This document shows, in pieces, positions 59,413-64,000 of a stretch of 64,000 nucleotides of DNA. Origin of the DNA: an uncultured Acidobacteriota bacterium (GTDB lineage Bacteria > Acidobacteriota > Vicinamibacteria > Fen-336). The stretch lies in NCBI GenBank assembly GCA_963720545.1, contig OY970399.1, forward strand, positions 667,861 through 731,860, read 5' to 3'. The notes beneath the pieces were generated by a model. That model was not told the DNA's origin, did not search any database, and saw only the letters and a program-made list of their open reading frames with translations. Both the position numbers and the translations under genes were made by a program. Position 1 is the first letter of the stretch. Each line of letters begins with the position of its first letter.

Positions 59413-61419
59413 TCACAGTGCGAGGCCGGGATCGCCCTCGATGACACGCTGCTCGAGGGCCGGAGCCACGCCCTTGCGCCACAGCGCCACCTTGTGCGTC
59501 ACGCGGTAGCGGAGCGGGCCGCCGTCATTGCCCTCGCTGCGCTCGAGCGGGCGCGGGATGCAGACGAATTCGCAAATGGCTTCCTCGGGCGACACCCGCA
59601 GCGTCGAGTACCCGTGGCCGCCCATGTCGACGAAGCGCAGGTGCGGCGAGAGGTCGGGGTTCGACACCGCACGCGCAGCCGCGGCGTCGCCGCTCTTCTG
59701 GAACTCGAGGCAGGAGCGCACGCCGTGGTGCAGCAGCAAGTTGACGGCGGGCAGCGGCTTGTCGGCGCCGCGATCGGCGACGTACAGGGGCCGCAGGGGG
59801 TGGTCTTTCGGGAAGCGATGTTCGAACGCCTCGACGAGGCCGGGCGCGGAGATCGAGCCGGTGACGAAGGCGGCGCCGACCGGTTCGAAGGCGCGCGGCG
59901 GCAGGTCCTTCGCAGACAGGCCCGCCCAGAAGCTGTGGCGGTCGCCCGAGACCGTGATGAAGCCGGTGATGCCGCGATCCTTGATCGCGTCGTAGACGAC
60001 TCCGCGCTCGTTGTAGGCGGTGCCGTAGTCGCCGCCGCCGCCGAAGCACGCGTAGCCGGCGCTCGCCGGCCACGGCTTACCGGTGCCTTGCGGCAGGTTC
60101 TGCGGATCGGCCCGCCAGTCGAGCGTGCCCGAGGAGCAGCCCCACACTTTCCAGGTGGCGGACGACGTGCGCAGTTTGTCGAGAAACCACGCGCGCTGGG
60201 CCGGGCCGAGGATCGTCTGCGGCAGTCGCGCATCGAGTTTGCGCATCGCCTCCTCAGAGACGAGTTCCGGAAAGTCGTCGCTCGTCAGGTCGGGCGCCGA
60301 CATGCTCGGCTCCTCCGAGCGGTGCGAGTACTGGTCGGTGATGATCAGGTCGAGGTTCCGGCCCCAGCGGAGGTTGCGATAGGGCGAGAGGCTCTCGATT
60401 GCCGCGAGATTGCCCGGCTCCAGGCCGAGGCCGTGGTCGTCGAACTTCTCGATCGGCGCGTCTTTCACCGCCGGCGCCTCGAAGCGTTCGAGCGACGGCC
60501 CGCCGGCTTTGCGGATGCGCGCGGGCTGATACTCGAACCAGGCCTGGTTGGCGGCGACCTTGCGCGTCTGCATCGCGCGCAGCTTGCCTTCGAAGCGCTG
60601 GAACGACTGGAAGCCGAGCCACGAGAACTCGTGGTTGTCCCAGATGGGAACGAACGGAAAACGCGCGCGCGCGTCCTGGATGTCGGGATCCTGGAGGTAG
60701 GCGCGGTACAGGGCGCGGTAGTCCGCGACGCTCACCGGGATGTGCCAGCCCATCACCTTCTCGCCCTCGGGATAGTGCACCAGGTCGCGGAGGCGCCGGT
60801 CGTAGCGCTGGCGCACCGGGCGGTCCTCGGGATACTCGACCACCTCGTAGACGAAGTCGCCGAGGTGCAGCACGAACGCGAGCTGCTCGGCCGCCGATGC
60901 CGCCTCGTCCTCGTGGATCATCCGCCGATACGCGTTCTGCGCGCCTTCGTTGATGTTCTGGCAGCTGACGAAGGCAAATCGCACCGGCGCCGTGTCGTCG
61001 TCGGCGGCGGCGGTGCGGGTGCGACCGATGCGGCTGCCGTCGCCCTTCTCGGTGATGAAGCGGTACCAGTAGACACGCGCCGGCTGCAGCCCGGCGACCA
61101 GCACGCGGCAGGTGTGGTCCGCAGCTGCCAGAGCCCGCGTCTTCGCGCGCGCGACCACGCGCGCGAACGCTTCGTCCTCCGCCACCTCGACGCGCAGCGC
61201 GACATCTTCCGCGGGCGACGGTGCGCCGACACGGGTCCACAGCAGCACGCTGTCGGCCGCCGGGTCGCCCGAGGCGACGCCCTCCTTGAACAGCTCGCGC
61301 CGCTCCCGCCATCCGCTGGTGGACGGCGAGGGTCGGGCGGAGCCGCGGGCCCAGGCGACGGTCGCGCCCATGGCCGCGGCCGCGCTGGCGATGAACTCAC
61401 GGCGGCCGATGCGTGTCAT
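59413..61419 (-). CDS. phoD: Alkaline phosphatase D family protein (Tat-exported)
   Basis: GRREF Tat motif; GVASGDP...SVLLWTR, GRTRT, FVSCQ, LHLGDFVYE, WDNHE, SGDRH. Confidence 0.92.
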   Translation of the reverse strand: MTRIGRREFIASAAAAMGATVAWARGSARPSPSTSGWRERRELFKEGVASGDPAADSVLLWTRVGAPSPAEDVALRVEVAEDEAFARVVARAKTRALAAADHTCRVLVAGLQPARVYWYRFITEKGDGSRIGRTRTAAADDDTAPVRFAFVSCQNINEGAQNAYRRMIHEDEAASAAEQLAFVLHLGDFVYEVVEYPEDRPVRQRYDRRLRDLVHYPEGEKVMGWHIPVSVADYRALYRAYLQDPDIQDARARFPFVPIWDNHEFSWLGFQSFQRFEGKLRAMQTRKVAANQAWFEYQPARIRKAGGPSLERFEAPAVKDAPIEKFDDHGLGLEPGNLAAIESLSPYRNLRWGRNLDLIITDQYSHRSEEPSMSAPDLTSDDFPELVSEEAMRKLDARLPQTILGPAQRAWFLDKLRTSSATWKVWGCSSGTLDWRADPQNLPQGTGKPWPASAGYACFGGGGDYGTAYNERGVVYDAIKDRGITGFITVSGDRHSFWAGLSAKDLPPRAFEPVGAAFVTGSISAPGLVEAFEHRFPKDHPLRPLYVADRGADKPLPAVNLLLHHGVRSCLEFQKSGDAAAARAVSNPDLSPHLRFVDMGGHGYSTLRVSPEEAICEFVCIPRPLERSEGNDGGPLRYRVTHKVALWRKGVAPALEQRVIEGDPGLAL

Positions 61420-61498
61420 GACTCCGACTCTACCCGCGCCTCTTCAGCGCGGCCGCGACGCCTTGATGCGGCATACTGGATGGTGAAAGGATCAGGCC

Positions 61499-61786
61499 AT
61501 GTGCCGAAACATCAAGACACTCTTCAATTTCGAGCCGCCCGCCACGGATGACGAGGTGCAGGCGGCTTCGCTGCAGTTCGTGCGCAAGCTCAGCGGAATG
61601 AACGCCCCGTCGAAGGCCAACAGCGCCGCGTTCGCACGCGCGGTCGCCGACGTCACCTCGGTAGCTCGCCGCCTGGTGGACGACCTGGTGCCGAGCGCGA
61701 AGCCGCGCAACCGCGAAGAAGTTGCCGCTGCGGCGCGCGAGCGCAACCTGAAGCGCTTCGGCACCCCGTCGAACGCGAGGGCCTGA
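61499..61786 (+). CDS. DUF2277 family protein
   Basis: MCRNIKTLFNFEPPATDDEV.AASLQFVRKLSG signature. Confidence 0.9.
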   Translation: MCRNIKTLFNFEPPATDDEVQAASLQFVRKLSGMNAPSKANSAAFARAVADVTSVARRLVDDLVPSAKPRNREEVAAAARERNLKRFGTPSNARA

Positions 61787-61799
61787 GCCGCCCCTGCCC

Positions 61800-61976
61800 T
61801 CAGCAGCACCGGCCCGCGCGGTACCGCGACTGCCAGCGGCGGGTCGAGAACCGGTGCCATTCGGCGGCCGAATGCGGCGCGCCTGTGTGCGCCAGGTGGC
61901 GTTCATAGCCGCTCTCGTCGCCGAGGAAACGCAGCAGCCGCATGATGCCGCGCGCCAGCTCCGCAAGCCGCTTCAC
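61800..61976 (-). CDS. YbdD/YjiX-like CstA-associated small protein
   Basis: Not in ORF track. GTG overlaps cstA stop; MKRLAELARGIMRLLRFLGDESGYERHLAH...RYRAGRCC with the family-type RCC end. Confidence 0.8.
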   Translation of the reverse strand: MKRLAELARGIMRLLRFLGDESGYERHLAHTGAPHSAAEWHRFSTRRWQSRYRAGRCC

Positions 61977-64000
61977 AACGCCTCCGCTGCGAGCTGCGTG
62001 CGCACGTTAGGCGCCTCGCACAGGGCCGCGGACCGCGTGCCGCGCAGGATGCCGGCCCAGACGCGGACCGAGTCGGCAAGGATCACCGCCACCAACACCA
62101 CGAACACCGCGCACACAGCCGCGTCGAGGCGCGCATTGAAGATGAGCGCGCGTGTCTCGGCCACCTTTGCCGCCGCCACGGTGCCGGCGTCGAGCGCCGC
62201 CTGCAGGCTGTCGGCCTGCGCCAGGAAACCGAGCCGCGGCGACGGCGAGAAGATCTTCTGGTACGACGCGGTGAAGGTGACGGTCACGAGCCACGCCAGC
62301 GGGGCGCACGTCACCCACATGTAGCGGGCGCGGTGCATCTTGACCAGGATGGTGGTGCGCGACGCACGAGCGCGATGGCGGCAAGCAGCTGGTTGGCGAT
62401 GCCGAACAGCGGCCACAGCGAGTTGATGCCGCCGAGCGGATCGCGCACGCCCTGGATCAGGAAGTAGCCCCACGCCAGCGACGATCGCGGCGCTCGACAG
62501 CGATGCACGCCCGGCATCCAGCTGGTCGAGCCGAGCTTCGGGTGCACGTTGCCCGAGCAGGTCCTGCAGCATGAAGCGCCCGACGCGCGTGCCGGCGTCG
62601 ATGATCGTGAGGATGAAGAGCGCCTCGAACATGATGGCGAAGTGGTACCAGAAGCCGAGCACCGCGTCGCCGCCGCCGACCCGCGAGAAGATGTGCGCCA
62701 TGCCGAGCGCGAGCGACGGCGCGCCGCCGGTGCGGTAGAACAGCGTCGACTCGCCGACGTCGCTGCGCGAGCGCCGCCATCTGTCTGCGACGGTCACCGG
62801 AAAGCCCCAGGCGCTGATGGTCGCGACCGCCGCGTCCGGCGTGCGCGCCGACGACGCCCGGCGGCGAGTTGACCGCGAAGTAGACGCCCGGGCTGCAGCA
62901 CGCAGGCGGCGATCATCGCCATGATCGCGACGAAGCTCTCGAGCAGCATCGAGCCGTAGCCGACCGGCCACGCGTGCCATTCGCGCGCGATCATCTTCGG
63001 CGTCGTGCCCGAGGAGATCAGCGAGTGGAACCCGGAGATGGCGCCGCAGGCGATGGTGATGAAGCAGAAGGGAAAGATCTTGCCGGCGAAGATCGGCCCG
63101 TTGCCGTCGGCGAAGCGCGTGAACGCGGGCAGCTGCAGGTCGGGCCGCACGAACAGGATGCCGACCGCCGAGCATGAGGACGACGCCGAGCTTCACGAAG
63201 GTGCTGAGGTAGTCGCGCGGCGCGAGCAGCAGCCAGACCGGCAGCGCGCTCGCGAAGAAGCCGTAGACGATGACCGCGATCGCGAGGCCATCGCCGAGAG
63301 CGTGAAGCATCGGCGCGAAGCGTGGCCGAGCTGCGCCACCCACTCGCCGCCGAAGATGCTCGGCGACCACCAGCACGAAGCCGATCAGCGAGCATCTCGA
63401 GCACCTTGCCGGGACGCCAGTAGCGCAGGTAGAGGCCCATGAAGATCGCGATCGGCATGGTGGCGGCGATGGTGAAGGTGCCCCACGGGCTGCCTTTCAG
63501 CGCGTTCACCACCACCAGCGCGACCACCGCCAGCAGGATGATCATGATGAGCAGCACGGTGAGCGAGCGCGATGAAGCCGCCCACCTTGCCGATCTCCTC
63601 GCGCGCCATCTGGCCGAGCGACTTGCCGTCGCGGCGCATGGAAGCAGAAGAGGATGACGAAGTCCTGCACGCAGCCGCCGAGCACCGCGCCGACGATGAT
63701 CCACAGGGTCCCCGGCAGATAGCCGAACTGCGCCGCCAGCGTCGGCCCGACCAGCGGGCCGGGGCCGGCGATGGCGGCGAAGTGGTGGCCGAACACGATC
63801 CACTTGTTGGTGGGCTCGAAGTCGTGGCCGTTGCGCAGGCGCTCGGCCGGCGTGGCGCGGCTGTCGTCGAGCGCCATCACGCGCGCGGCGATGAAGTTGC
63901 GCGTAGAAGCGGAAGCCGACGAAGTAGGTGCAGGCCGCCGCGATCACCAGCCAGATGCTGTTGACGGGTTCGCCGCGATCGATGGCGATGGCGCCGAGGC
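61973..64000 (-). pseudogene. cstA: Carbon starvation protein CstA, 5'-truncated by the window and multiply frameshifted
   Basis: [77 protein letters not shown] scattered over three frames. Confidence 0.92.

Noticed and set aside
61770-61802. Selenocysteine read-through of the TGA after RCC in the YbdD/YjiX-like gene
   Set aside because: The protein already ends in the family-type Cys-Cys and no convincing SECIS hairpin follows

Overview
GC-rich bacterial chromosome segment. An ADOP-type duplicated permease, an Oar-like TonB-dependent receptor, TPR-sulfatase and TPR-kinase proteins and many GT-C-like membrane proteins suggest Acidobacteriota (inference). It holds about 50 CDS and five tRNAs (Pro-TGG, Arg-TCT, His-GTG, Arg-TCG, Arg-CCG). 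Main blocks in order: (i) tRNA cluster with a ~0.9 kb integrase-less islet bounded by a 41-bp duplication of the tRNA-His 3' half; (ii) zincin peptidase + atypical Ddl-like ATP-grasp ligase + lytic transglycosylase operon; (iii) ~13 kb lipid-linked glycosylation cluster; (iv) accessory patch after tRNA-Arg(TCG) with a ferritin-like paralog that has lost most predicted metal ligands; (v) REC/DUF4388 regulator, sensor Ser/Thr kinase and LysM-FecR signalling operon; (vi) general-stress island ending at tRNA-Arg(CCG), rich in sigma54-type promoters, two pairs of which abut back-to-back; (vii) L,D-transpeptidase, phoD and cstA. Many core genes look leaderless. Indels cluster at ~46-49 kb and 62-64 kb and may be sequencing errors. 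No CRISPR array, rRNA, integrase or transposase was seen. All family calls come from motif recognition by eye, not database searches.
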